A DNA stretch of 64,000 nucleotides, taken from NCBI GenBank assembly GCA_009928785.1, contig SABY01000006.1, forward strand, positions 1,930-65,929. Direction: 5' to 3'. Source of the stretch: Clostridia bacterium. GTDB taxonomy: Bacteria > Bacteroidota > Bacteroidia > Bacteroidales > 4484-276. The number at the start of each line of letters is the position of its first letter. Position 1 is the stretch's first letter. Below are positions 11,332-20,417 of the stretch, one piece after another. Below the pieces are notes generated by a model. The model made no database searches. It saw only the letters and a program-made list of their open reading frames with translations, and was not told where the DNA came from. A program made the translations under genes and the position numbers.

Positions 11332-12060
11332 TTATAGTTTATCCATTAGCTCGGCTTGCAGTGTTGGTTGCTGAACGATTTGGCTGGTGGCCACGTTGCT
11401 CTCCCAGTGTTCGTCAACCAAACCAATAGTATTGGCATTAGCGCGCGACAGGTAGCTGAGTATAAGATAAAAACCATTGTACTCGCAGCGCAAAAAGCTT
11501 TGATTTTTACCACGAATCAAAAAGTCGGTGATAGTGGATTTGGTGCCATTGAGATACTTTTTTTGCAAAAGAATAACTAACTCCTCGCGACTTTCTGCAG
11601 TGGAGTGGTTGAAGGTAATCTGACCCATAAAAAAAATGCCATTGGCAAAGAAGAGATACTTCTTCATCTCATGGCCAAAAACCTGATTCTTATAGCCAAG
11701 AGCCTGCAGCTCGAATGCAGGGAAACGGTTAGCGTTGATACAAATTGGCGATGGAAAAGCGCGGATGACTTCCTTAAATTTTTTCCCGAAAGGGACGTCC
11801 GAAAATTCTATTTCCAATGCTGAATCGTAAACAGGCAGCGTGGGTTCAATTTTGTAACAACCAGCCAGGTGATTGATAAAATCGTCTTTGATACAATACG
11901 AATAGGGACTTTGCAGGGTGTAGCGCTTGTAGGTGGCAACATAGCGCGCGCTATATTTTCCAAAGAACAAGCGCGTGGTGGTGATGTGTAATAGTGGATA
12001 CATTCTGATAAAAATAATTACCAGCACCAACACTACAGCAGCAATAATAAGAAGGTTCAT
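11332..12060 (-). CDS. Hypothetical membrane-anchored protein
   Basis: I prefer the ATG at 12060 (MNLLIIAAVVLVLVIIFI..., a single N-terminal TM helix). No motif recognised. Confidence 0.5.
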   Translation of the reverse strand: MNLLIIAAVVLVLVIIFIRMYPLLHITTTRLFFGKYSARYVATYKRYTLQSPYSYCIKDDFINHLAGCYKIEPTLPVYDSALEIEFSDVPFGKKFKEVIRAFPSPICINANRFPAFELQALGYKNQVFGHEMKKYLFFANGIFFMGQITFNHSTAESREELVILLQKKYLNGTKSTITDFLIRGKNQSFLRCEYNGFYLILSYLSRANANTIGLVDEHWESNVATSQIVQQPTLQAELMDKL

Positions 12061-12254
12061 TTCGGTTCGGTTATAGTTTTTTGTGCAGCAAAATAAATCA
12101 TTTTTTGGAAGTTGAGCTACAATGGCCGCTGTAAAGACGAAAGAGTGGATGCACCACAGCATTCATCACTACAAAGATTAAATGATGGTATTTAACGTTT
12201 CGTCGTCATTGTGGGATAAGGTATTTGAAACTATGCCAAAAATAAAGCGTCCGG

Positions 12255-13139
12255 TCAGCCAATCGACATATCATCGTTCCACTTGATAGCCGAAGGTTTT
12301 GCGCCGATATTAATACCTTCGGTAAACATATCCACGCATTGTCGAAGATCGTCGTGGTAGCCGCCCTCCAGCACAGCGAAAACATTTTTGAAGGCTTTGC
12401 TGAGCTTGTATCCACATTCGTAATAGGCGTGCAACGAAAAATTCATATTCAGCAGTTTATCCTTGCGGTAACCGTCGAAGCCGGCCGAAATAGCCACCAC
12501 ATCGGGTTCAAACCTTGAGCCTGCATCGATGGCTTTTTGTAAAGCTTTAAAGAATTCCTTTTCTCCGCTGTTTTCAGGAATTGGAATGTTGAGGGTAAAA
12601 CCCAATCCGGCGCCGGCTCCAATTTCCATAAAAGTTCCGGTGTAGGGATAGCTGTTTTGCTGATGGATAGAGCAATAAAGAACTTTGTTACTTTCGTAAA
12701 AAATATTTTGGGTGCCATCGCCATGATGCCCGTCGATGTCGAGGATAAAAACCTTTTTTCCTTCCCCAACCAGTTTTTGTGAAGCAATGGCCACATTATT
12801 AAACAAACAAAAACCTGATGCTTTGCTTTGGCTGGCGTGATGACCGGGCGGTCGGATAACGGCAAAATCCCCGTTCTGCGATGCTTCTATGGCCAGGCCT
12901 ACGGCCAGACAAGCCGCCTGATAGCTCACCGGCGCAAGTTTTACTTCGGCAAATGCTGCACCTGTTTCACAATAATCTTTGATGGTGTCGATATACGATT
13001 GCGGATGCACCAAAGTAAGAAACTCCTCACCGCTGGCGTATCGGCTCTCCAGGTCGGCAAAGTCGCGCAGCCGGTAGCTGCCCTCGTAGGCACTGCCGAT
13101 GTTGTGATCGAGAAAGGTACGATTGAAAAGCAACTTCAT
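12255..13139 (-). CDS. Histone deacetylase-family protein (acetoin utilization/acetylpolyamine amidohydrolase-like)
   Basis: Motifs RPPGHHA, DIDGHHGDGTQ and LEGGY. Start taken at MKLLFNRTF (13139). Confidence 0.85.
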   Translation of the reverse strand: MKLLFNRTFLDHNIGSAYEGSYRLRDFADLESRYASGEEFLTLVHPQSYIDTIKDYCETGAAFAEVKLAPVSYQAACLAVGLAIEASQNGDFAVIRPPGHHASQSKASGFCLFNNVAIASQKLVGEGKKVFILDIDGHHGDGTQNIFYESNKVLYCSIHQQNSYPYTGTFMEIGAGAGLGFTLNIPIPENSGEKEFFKALQKAIDAGSRFEPDVVAISAGFDGYRKDKLLNMNFSLHAYYECGYKLSKAFKNVFAVLEGGYHDDLRQCVDMFTEGINIGAKPSAIKWNDDMSIG

Positions 13140-13226
13140 AGGTGAGGGTTTTTGTGAACAAGCCACTAAAGTAAATTATTTTTAGAAGGCATGTTCAAAA
13201 GCTTTTTATTTTTGAAAATTAGGAAA

Positions 13227-13267
13227 ACGAAAAACGCCGGATCATCTGAATGAGTCCGGCGTTTTTT
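13227..13267 (-). terminator. Rho-independent terminator closing the FKBP gene string
   Basis: ACGCCGGA (13234-13241) pairs with TCCGGCGT (13255-13262), flanked by an A-run and a T-run. Confidence 0.7.
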
Positions 13268-13285
13268 ATGTGTTTCGTGCAGCCC

Positions 13286-14158
13286 TTATTTTACAATGCC
13301 GAGCAGCTCTACTTCGAAAATCAATGGAGCAAAAGGCGGAATATCGCGACCGGCGCCACGTTCGCCATAGCCCATTTCGCTTGGGATAATCAATGTAGCT
13401 TTGCTGCCTACATTGAGCATGGCTATGCCTTCGTCCCATCCTCTTATCACGCGGCCTTGTCCGAGGTCAAATTCAAACGGAGTTCCTCTGTCAACGGACG
13501 AGTCGAATTTGGTGCCGTCGAGGAGCATCCCGGTATAATGAACTTTCACTTTGTCGCCGGCAACGGGTTTTGATCCGGTGCCTTCTTTGGTAACAATTAC
13601 ATACATTCCCGATTCGGTAGGCAGTGCGTTAAGATTGTTTTCCTGCACGTAAGCGGCTATTTTTTCACCTTCTTCGTCCCGCATTTTATTCTTCTCTGCT
13701 TCCATCTCCTGCATCACCTGTTCTTCAGTTTGAATTTTGGTAAGCATCACATTAAACTCCAGCTCTTTGAGGTCGGTGGCAAAGTCGGGGAGTTTAGGGT
13801 ATCCTGCGGTTTTCAGAAAGAAGGAGTCGGCAGCAAGTATAAAAGTGGCGCTGTCGCCCTGGTGTAGCATCGCCATCATCTCATAAAAATCGCCTGGATA
13901 AGTCGATTCCTGCATGGCAAGCATCATGTTCTGTTCGGGCATTTCAGCCGAATTAAAAAACAAGGTGTCAGGTGTTCCATAGGTCATTTTCATCGAAAGG
14001 ATGTCGCCCGCCGCAGGCATAGGCTGGTCTTCGTTAACCACATGAATTTGGTATTTCAGTCCGCTGTCGGTGGTTTTGTAACCTTGTCCGTTGCAGGCAT
14101 TCATCACAGTCAGCAGGGCGACTGCAACCGTCATAAGCATCAATTTGCTTCTCATCAT
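13286..14158 (-). CDS. FKBP-type peptidyl-prolyl cis-trans isomerase (exported)
   Basis: Signal peptide with a Cys (LLTVMNAC). C-terminal FKBP domain ([19 protein letters not shown]...[11 protein letters not shown]...[11 protein letters not shown]...[11 protein letters not shown]). Confidence 0.9.
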   Translation of the reverse strand: MMRSKLMLMTVAVALLTVMNACNGQGYKTTDSGLKYQIHVVNEDQPMPAAGDILSMKMTYGTPDTLFFNSAEMPEQNMMLAMQESTYPGDFYEMMAMLHQGDSATFILAADSFFLKTAGYPKLPDFATDLKELEFNVMLTKIQTEEQVMQEMEAEKNKMRDEEGEKIAAYVQENNLNALPTESGMYVIVTKEGTGSKPVAGDKVKVHYTGMLLDGTKFDSSVDRGTPFEFDLGQGRVIRGWDEGIAMLNVGSKATLIIPSEMGYGERGAGRDIPPFAPLIFEVELLGIVK

Positions 14159-14209
14159 AATTTTACTTTTTTTAATTTGCTAATAATTGTCAGTTTATAA
14201 AATAGTTAA

Positions 14210-15070
14210 TCAATCTACAATTTCGATAAGTTCTACGTCAAAAACCAGTGGGCTGTAGGGTTTCACACCTTCTCGCTCGTAACTCCCGAAGGCCAGCGAC
14301 GAAGGCACGATCCACTTTGCTTTGCCTCCTTGTTTCATCAGCAGTATGGCCTCTTCCCAACCTGCCAGCATCTCGCCATTACCTACCACAAAGGTGAGCG
14401 GCATTTGGTGGTCGTATGTCGAGGAATAAATCGTGCCGTCGAGCAACGATCCGGTGTAGTTAACTTTTACGGTATCTCCGGCTCTCGCCCTGGGGCCGCT
14501 GCCCTCACGCACCGAAATAAAATACAACCCGCTCTCGGTGGGAGCCACTTCAATATTGTTTTGGCTGATGTAATCAGCAATAGCTTGTTTTTCCGATGAT
14601 TTCCTTTCGGTAGCTTCCAGGCGGCGGGCTTTTACATCGGGGGTTTCACTGGTGATTTTCATCACTTTCAGATCGAAATATATTTTATCCTCACCACTGG
14701 CATAATCCGGAACCTCCGGTGACTGCATCATTTTATTAAAAAAATCCTTTGTATTAATTACAAAGGTGGCGCTGTCGCCCTGGTGCATCAGCATGATGCC
14801 TTCGAGCAGGTCGCCTTCGTAGATCGGGTCGATCTGAAAAGGCACGGTGCTGTTGCCACTGGCAAAGAGCACACTATCCTTGGTGCGGTAGTTCATACGC
14901 ACTTCCACAATGTCGAAAAGTTTTACCTGTCGTGCTGTGTCGTGCTTAACATGAAACTTGTATTCCAGGCCACTGGCTGTTTGTTCAAATTTCTCCTGAT
15001 TATTGCAACTGAAAAGCATGATGGCAATAAAAATTCCTAAAAAATGCTTTATTACAAAAATTTTTTTCAT
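14210..15070 (-). CDS. FKBP-type peptidyl-prolyl cis-trans isomerase (exported lipoprotein-like)
   Basis: Signal peptide with a Cys (IMLFSC). FKBP domain (VKVNYTGSLLDGTIYSST...LAGWEEAI...PLVFDVELIEI). Same two-domain layout as the neighbour. Confidence 0.9.
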   Translation of the reverse strand: MKKIFVIKHFLGIFIAIMLFSCNNQEKFEQTASGLEYKFHVKHDTARQVKLFDIVEVRMNYRTKDSVLFASGNSTVPFQIDPIYEGDLLEGIMLMHQGDSATFVINTKDFFNKMMQSPEVPDYASGEDKIYFDLKVMKITSETPDVKARRLEATERKSSEKQAIADYISQNNIEVAPTESGLYFISVREGSGPRARAGDTVKVNYTGSLLDGTIYSSTYDHQMPLTFVVGNGEMLAGWEEAILLMKQGGKAKWIVPSSLAFGSYEREGVKPYSPLVFDVELIEIVD

Positions 15071-15085
15071 CTCTGTTTTAAAAAT

Positions 15086-15661
15086 TTATCTAAGCTCAAC
15101 AAGTTGAATGTCATACACTAAAGTTGATTTTGGGGGGACTTTATTTCGATCGCCGGTAAGCCCAAAAGCAAGGTGCGAAGGTAGAATAAATTTAGCACGG
15201 TCGCCTGCGTGTAATAATAATATTCCTTGATGAATCCCCGTGGGAACGGCGGCATCCTGTCCAATTCTAATGGTGAGCGGCTTAGTTTGGTTCGCACTGT
15301 AAATTATTTCCCCATTCAGCAGACTGGCCTGATAAGCTATTTTTGCCAGCATTCCATCCTGTGCCTGGAGGCCTGATCCATGTTCATAAATCATGTAACG
15401 CAGCCCGGTTCCGGTGGTTTTCATCTCCCATCTATACCGCTCCACGAAATCATCAATTTGTTGATCTTCTGTCCTAACAGCCTGACGATTGGCATCAAAT
15501 AGCTTTTCCTGCAGCACGGCGTCGTTTGATGGCTGTGCATGTGTGGTACCGTTTTGAGGATTGTGATAACATCCAAAAGAGATGAATCCTGCAACTATGA
15601 GTAGCAACAAAAGTTTCCTGTGGATCATCCGGGTTGGGTCAGATTTGATATTGTAATTCAT
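15086..15661 (-). CDS. FKBP-type peptidyl-prolyl cis-trans isomerase (short, lipoprotein-like)
   Basis: FKBP domain (AKIAYQASLLNGEIIYS...GIHQGILLL...STLVYDIQLVEL) and lipobox-like ISFGC. An alternative ATG at 15628 (MIHRKLL) would remove the overlap with the upstream gene. Confidence 0.85.
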   Translation of the reverse strand: MNYNIKSDPTRMIHRKLLLLLIVAGFISFGCYHNPQNGTTHAQPSNDAVLQEKLFDANRQAVRTEDQQIDDFVERYRWEMKTTGTGLRYMIYEHGSGLQAQDGMLAKIAYQASLLNGEIIYSANQTKPLTIRIGQDAAVPTGIHQGILLLHAGDRAKFILPSHLAFGLTGDRNKVPPKSTLVYDIQLVELR

Positions 15662-16694
15662 CCTGATACAACGGCAAAACCGATTTAATCTTTTCGATGG
15701 TTTCGTGCATGGTTAGCTCCGAATTGCCGCCGGCAGCGTTGTGGTGGCCACCACCATCGAAATGATCACGTGCAAGTTTATTTACTGCAAAATCGCCTTT
15801 AGACCTAAACGAAAGCCGAATCAAATTATCACGCTCGGTGAGCAGGATGGAAACATTGATGGTGCTGATCGACAATGGATAATTGACAATTCCTTCGGTG
15901 TCGCCGGGTTTGTGGTCAAATCGCTCTAATTCTTCTTTGGCGAGCCAGATAATGGCCGTGTGAAACGAATCCAGAATAATCAGCTTCTGATCGAAGGCAT
16001 AGCCCATCAGTCGTAGTCTCTTCTCAGAAAAGGTATCGAAAATCCGCCGGTGAAGCAACTCGGCATCTACGCCACGCTTTATCAAATCGGCGGTGATGAG
16101 ATAAATGTCGGGCTTGTTGCACGAAAAGCTGAATGAGCCAGTGTCGGTAATTATGCCTGTGTAAAGGCTTTCGGCTGCTGCTTTGTGGATGTGGTCGTCC
16201 ATTTGCAAAAGCTGCAAAAACTTATAAACCAGCTCGGCTGTGGAGGATGCCGATGTATCGGAATACAAATAATCGAAAGCATCCACCTCAGGCTGCGGAT
16301 GATGATCGATGAGTATTTTTATAGCGGGTGAGGCTTCAAGCGGTTTTTGCATCCCGTCACCCACACGCTTAAAATCATTAAAATCGAGGCAAAAGATCAA
16401 TCCTGCATCATCAAACAATCTGGTCATTTCTTCAGAATCTTGCGTATCATAAACTATGATTTCATCGCTGCGCTCAATCCAGTTGATCGATTCAGGAATG
16501 GTGTTGGGCACTATTACTATGCTTTTTATGCCAGCATCATTCAGCGTATGAAACAAGGCCATACTGCTTCCTATAGCATCGCCATCAGGGTTGTGATGTG
16601 TGGTAATAAGAATGTTTTCGGTAATTTGCAGCAGATGCCGGATGGCAGTAATTTGTGTAGTGGTCAAAGTGTTAGGATTATTAGCGATTTCCAT
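15639..16694 (-). CDS. nrnA: DHH-family phosphoesterase (NrnA-like oligoribonuclease/pAp phosphatase)
   Basis: DHH motifs (HHNPDGDAIGS, IDHHP) and DHHA1 GGGH motif (FDGGGHHNAAGG). Confidence 0.8.
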   Translation of the reverse strand: MEIANNPNTLTTTQITAIRHLLQITENILITTHHNPDGDAIGSSMALFHTLNDAGIKSIVIVPNTIPESINWIERSDEIIVYDTQDSEEMTRLFDDAGLIFCLDFNDFKRVGDGMQKPLEASPAIKILIDHHPQPEVDAFDYLYSDTSASSTAELVYKFLQLLQMDDHIHKAAAESLYTGIITDTGSFSFSCNKPDIYLITADLIKRGVDAELLHRRIFDTFSEKRLRLMGYAFDQKLIILDSFHTAIIWLAKEELERFDHKPGDTEGIVNYPLSISTINVSILLTERDNLIRLSFRSKGDFAVNKLARDHFDGGGHHNAAGGNSELTMHETIEKIKSVLPLYQDELQYQI

Positions 16695-16779
16695 TAGTCG
16701 GCAAAAATAATAAAAAACGTTAAATCACTGCGGCAGTTGGCAGTTTTGCTATTTTTGCCTCAAACAAAAACATCCCACA

Positions 16780-17220
16780 ATGAAAGGCAACATCACTTTT
16801 ACAATGATCAAACCGACGGCTATTGAGAGAGGCCATGCAGGTCATATTTTAACCAAAATCATCGATGCCGGTTTTCAAATCACAGCACTTAAACTTACGC
16901 GTCTTACCGTAAGTCAGGCCAAAAAGTTTTATGAGGTTCATGCTGGCAAACCCTTTTTCGACTCGCTCGTAGATTTCATGTCGTCAGGCCCCATAGTGGC
17001 TGCTATTCTTATGCGCGAAAATGCCGTGGAAGAGTATCGTCATTTGATCGGCTCTACTGATCCGGCCAAAGCCGAAGAAGGCTCGGTACGAAAGCTTTTT
17101 GGTACCAGCATGCAGGCCAATGCCGTGCATGGCTCCGATAGCGACGAAAACGCGCAGATAGAAGCCGCCTTCTTTTTCTCCACACTCGAGCGGTTTAGCT
17201 TTCAGGAGAATAAATGGTGA
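16780..17220 (+). CDS. ndk: Nucleoside diphosphate kinase
   Basis: TFTMIKP..., YEVHAGKPFF, and active-site NAVHGSDS. Confidence 0.93.
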   Translation: MKGNITFTMIKPTAIERGHAGHILTKIIDAGFQITALKLTRLTVSQAKKFYEVHAGKPFFDSLVDFMSSGPIVAAILMRENAVEEYRHLIGSTDPAKAEEGSVRKLFGTSMQANAVHGSDSDENAQIEAAFFFSTLERFSFQENKW

Positions 17221-17722
17221 AGGTTCTGTCGTTGTAGAAAATCACCATTTTTTCGATTTTTTTTCCGGGAACCTCCATCATGGATTTTTCTGCATAAATT
17301 CTTTGTTCCTCTGCTGAGGGGTGTTTTGTAGCAACATCCTCTTCATTTTCAATCTCTTCTCGCTTTTTCTGAAAATTTTTCGCCTCCGCTGGTTGCGATA
17401 TTTCCGGTGCCGTGTGTTGCGGCAAAGGATTCGCGGTGTCTCTGTCGGCTTTACGCGCCATCGACACTTGTGCCGGCGGATTATCTTCATCAAACAAAGT
17501 GTAGTTACCCGTCATCGAACCCTTGCCATTGATGAGCCACTCGGTGCGCACTTCCTTAAAACGTTCCAGAATCTTCGTTACCAAATCCAGGCTGGGTTTA
17601 TTCCTTCCTGAGAGGATGTGCGAGATATTACTCGGCTGCACACCAATGCTTTCGGCAAATACAGCATTGGTCATTCCTTTCGTGGCGATTAACAATTCTA
17701 TTCTCTCTTTGAGTTTATCCAT
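17195..17722 (-). CDS. XRE-family helix-turn-helix transcriptional regulator
   Basis: N-terminal HTH_3-like segment (TNAVFAESIGVQPSNISHILSGRNKPSLDLVTKI) with a long low-complexity linker. Its 3' end overlaps convergent ndk by 26 nt. Confidence 0.75.
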   Translation of the reverse strand: MDKLKERIELLIATKGMTNAVFAESIGVQPSNISHILSGRNKPSLDLVTKILERFKEVRTEWLINGKGSMTGNYTLFDEDNPPAQVSMARKADRDTANPLPQHTAPEISQPAEAKNFQKKREEIENEEDVATKHPSAEEQRIYAEKSMMEVPGKKIEKMVIFYNDRTFTIYSPES

Positions 17723-17739
17723 GTACCGTTGTTTTTAAC

Positions 17740-18127
17740 TTTACAAATGTACTCTTATTTGAATGGTTTCACTGTCAATGTGCAAATTTACATTTCTGCA
17801 AAGAGTTTACACATGTAAACTAATCACAGTCTGGTTTGAATATTTGTTTTAATGCATTGAATATCTATGTTTTATTTAGGTATTTAGAGCTAACCTTTTG
17901 ATAATAACCTGTTATGACTCTAAAGCTAATGTTTAAGTTAAGATAAATCATTTTAACCACTGGTTATTAATCATTTAAATAGTGTATCCATTCAAATGTT
18001 AATAATTTATCGCAACGATCTCTAAAATTTACAACTGTAAACCTAATCACAATTGTATTTCGCGTTTACACTTGTGAACAATATTGATATTCACGTTTGT
18101 CACCTTTGATAGATTTACAAATGTATT
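17740..18127. promoter_or_regulatory. Array of five 14-bp TTTACA-NN-TGTAAA-type palindromes in the AT-rich region upstream of the XRE gene
   Basis: Sites at 17740-17753 (TTTACAAATGTACT), 17806-17819 (TTTACACATGTAAA), 18028-18041 (TTTACAACTGTAAA), 18065-18078 (TTTACACTTGTGAA) and 18114-18127 (TTTACAAATGTATT). Sites 2 and 3 share the extension ACYTAATCACA. Confidence 0.6.
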
Positions 18128-18493
18128 TGTTAGCATCACACTATTTTTAAATGATAAAGACTGCTGCTCCTCCTCCACTTGGTGCTTCTGTAAAAAATCA
18201 ATCAAGCATGATATTAGAACAGGCCAATAGCTGCAAGTTCAAGCACTATGGTTTTAAATGAAGGTGTTGATATTATAATTTTAAACTTGATGAAGCACTG
18301 ATGGGAATGTAGATGGCTTCTCAAAATAAAGACCTATGGCTTAAATTTTCCAGACATCGATGCCTGCAGATGCTAATTGTTGAAGCTATTAGAAGATAAA
18401 ACTGGGTGGAAATGATGATTCTATTAATGTAAAAGGTTCAAAATGTGTTGAAATCAAACGTAAATCGTGATTGATTTTCTGTTTTAATAAAGC

Positions 18494-18520
18494 AAAAAAA
18501 AAGCCGGGAATAATCCGGCT
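18494..18520 (-). terminator. Rho-independent terminator after the S8 peptidase gene
   Basis: AGCCGG (18502-18507) pairs with CCGGCT (18515-18520), preceded on the plus strand by A9, which is the T-run on the minus strand. Confidence 0.7.
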
Positions 18521-18557
18521 GCTTACGTGTTTTGATTCTGATGAATGAGAATATTCG

Positions 18558-20267
18558 CTAAAGCGATTTAAGAATTTTGCGAGAGATCACCTCCCCTTCT
18601 GAGGAAATTTGGACAACATACACGCCTTTTTTGAGCGATTGAAGCTGTGGTATTTTAAAATAATTAAGCCCCTGTTTACGCGCTATATTTTCTGCGGTGT
18701 AAACCTGGCGTCCGTCCATATCAACGATTTGAATAGTCACAGCCTGCGTGTCGCTCGAATGATAAACGATGTTGATCTGGTCGGTAAAAGGATTGGGGAA
18801 GAGACTTATGTCGCTGTTGTTGACCACGCGGCTGGTGTTGAAACCCGAAAGGATAATGCCTGCCACAGCGTAATTGGGTATTCCGTATCCCAGCAAATAA
18901 TCGGGATTGTTGGCCTGGGTAGCGCTTTGCTGGATGGCAGTCATGATGTCGGTGTTGCGCAAGTCGGGCGCCATTTGCCAAAGGCAGGCGGTCATTCCGG
19001 CAATGATAGGCGACGAGAATGAAGTGCCGCTTGCCGCCGAAATACCACCATTGATCGAAGCTACCACCGTGCTGGCTCCCTGCGCTGCAACATTGGGTTT
19101 TTGACGACCATCGGCAGTAGGTCCAATGGAACTAAAGCTCACATATTGCCCATCGGCATTGACGGCGCCAATCGAAAAAACGCTGTCGCCATCAGCCGGC
19201 GAAGCTATCCAGGGCCAGTTGGTACCAGCAGAATTCCCGGCGCTGTTTACCACAATCATCCCAACATTTGCAGCGTGATCAGCTCCGATGGTAGCAGGTG
19301 CTGTATTGCCATCCATGTCAGCATACACATGATCCTGAGCCGGATTATCGAAAGTTTTGTAGCTCAGCGAGGAGTTGATAATATCGGCACCGGCGCTGTC
19401 GGCATATTCGGCACCAGCCACCCAGTTGTATTCTTCTACAAGATATTCGGTGGGTGTGTATTCGGTGCGGATAAGATGGTAAGCTGCTTTGGGAGCTGTG
19501 CCCACGATCTCACCCGGCAAATTGGCTCCCATGGTAGATAGCACCGAAGTGCCGTGGGTGCTCACCTGATACACATTGTTGCCAGGCTCAGTAAAGTCGC
19601 GGGTACTAAGAATTAAGCCATTGAGACGCAAACTATCGAACGCAATCATCTGATCGGTGAAAAGAAATCCGCCATCCAAGACGGCTATTACCATGCCCTG
19701 CCCCTGATAGCCATCGTCGTGAAGTGCCACGCCGCCAATCATATCTATCTGGTTGAGGCTGGAGCCATAGTCGAGGCTGGAAGTTGCCGAGGTGGATTTT
19801 TGCGTGGCTTTAATTTCATTAATAAACTCCTTCATTTCGTAAGGTTTGTTCATCCCGAAAATGTCTGTCTCTACTTGTTTCGATTGATCATTTTTAAAAC
19901 TGACATTTTTTACGGTATTTTTTACAAAAGGGAGCGCTTCTATCTCGGCAATCTTAGAGGGGTCGTTGGTTAGAATAACTATCCCGTTGAGCCATTTTGT
20001 GGGATAAGTAATGGCTACACCAATATCGGCTACAGCCTGAATATAGTCAGGATTTACAGGCAGATCGCTGATGTGTATTGGAATATTGAAACGCTCACGC
20101 CGTTCGATGGCCCGCTCCGAAAGAAATTCCTGAGGGTTTTCTATCGAAAAAGGTGAGTTGGCTTTGTCGGTAAATGCCACGAAATATTTGTCGCCCTCGT
20201 TGATTTGCGCCGAAGCAAATAATACTGAAAAGCCAAGAAAGAATAGTAGTGTTAGTTTTTTTAGCAT
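18558..20267 (-). CDS. S8 (subtilisin-like) serine peptidase with T9SS C-terminal sorting domain
   Basis: Signal peptide MLKKLTLLFFLGFSVLFASAQ (start at 20267). Catalytic motifs VIAVLDGGF (Asp), HGTSVLS (His) and SGTSFSSPIIAG (Ser). The tail ISLFPNPFTDQINIVY...GVYVVQISSEGEVISRKILK is typical of T9SS CTDs. Confidence 0.88.
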   Translation of the reverse strand: MLKKLTLLFFLGFSVLFASAQINEGDKYFVAFTDKANSPFSIENPQEFLSERAIERRERFNIPIHISDLPVNPDYIQAVADIGVAITYPTKWLNGIVILTNDPSKIAEIEALPFVKNTVKNVSFKNDQSKQVETDIFGMNKPYEMKEFINEIKATQKSTSATSSLDYGSSLNQIDMIGGVALHDDGYQGQGMVIAVLDGGFLFTDQMIAFDSLRLNGLILSTRDFTEPGNNVYQVSTHGTSVLSTMGANLPGEIVGTAPKAAYHLIRTEYTPTEYLVEEYNWVAGAEYADSAGADIINSSLSYKTFDNPAQDHVYADMDGNTAPATIGADHAANVGMIVVNSAGNSAGTNWPWIASPADGDSVFSIGAVNADGQYVSFSSIGPTADGRQKPNVAAQGASTVVASINGGISAASGTSFSSPIIAGMTACLWQMAPDLRNTDIMTAIQQSATQANNPDYLLGYGIPNYAVAGIILSGFNTSRVVNNSDISLFPNPFTDQINIVYHSSDTQAVTIQIVDMDGRQVYTAENIARKQGLNYFKIPQLQSLKKGVYVVQISSEGEVISRKILKSL

Positions 20268-20364
20268 AAGAATTTTTGAATTAGTAATGGAGCAAAGATA
20301 AACATTCGATTGCAACTGTTGCATGGCGGCATTTGGGTCGGAAACATTTCTTTTTTCTATAAAA

Positions 20365-20396
20365 ACAAAAAAGCCGGACACACCTGGCGTCCGGCT
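20365..20396 (-). terminator. Rho-independent terminator after hppA
   Basis: AGCCGGAC (20372-20379) pairs with GTCCGGCT (20389-20396), with an A-rich run on the plus side (T-run on the minus strand). Confidence 0.75.
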
Positions 20397-20417
20397 GATT
20401 TTTGATAGCTAATGGTA

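Noticed and set aside
17723-18557. AT-rich ORF-free region as a replication origin.
   Set aside because: I found no TTATCCACA-type DnaA boxes and no dnaA or dnaN nearby. The repeated dyad fits an HTH operator better.
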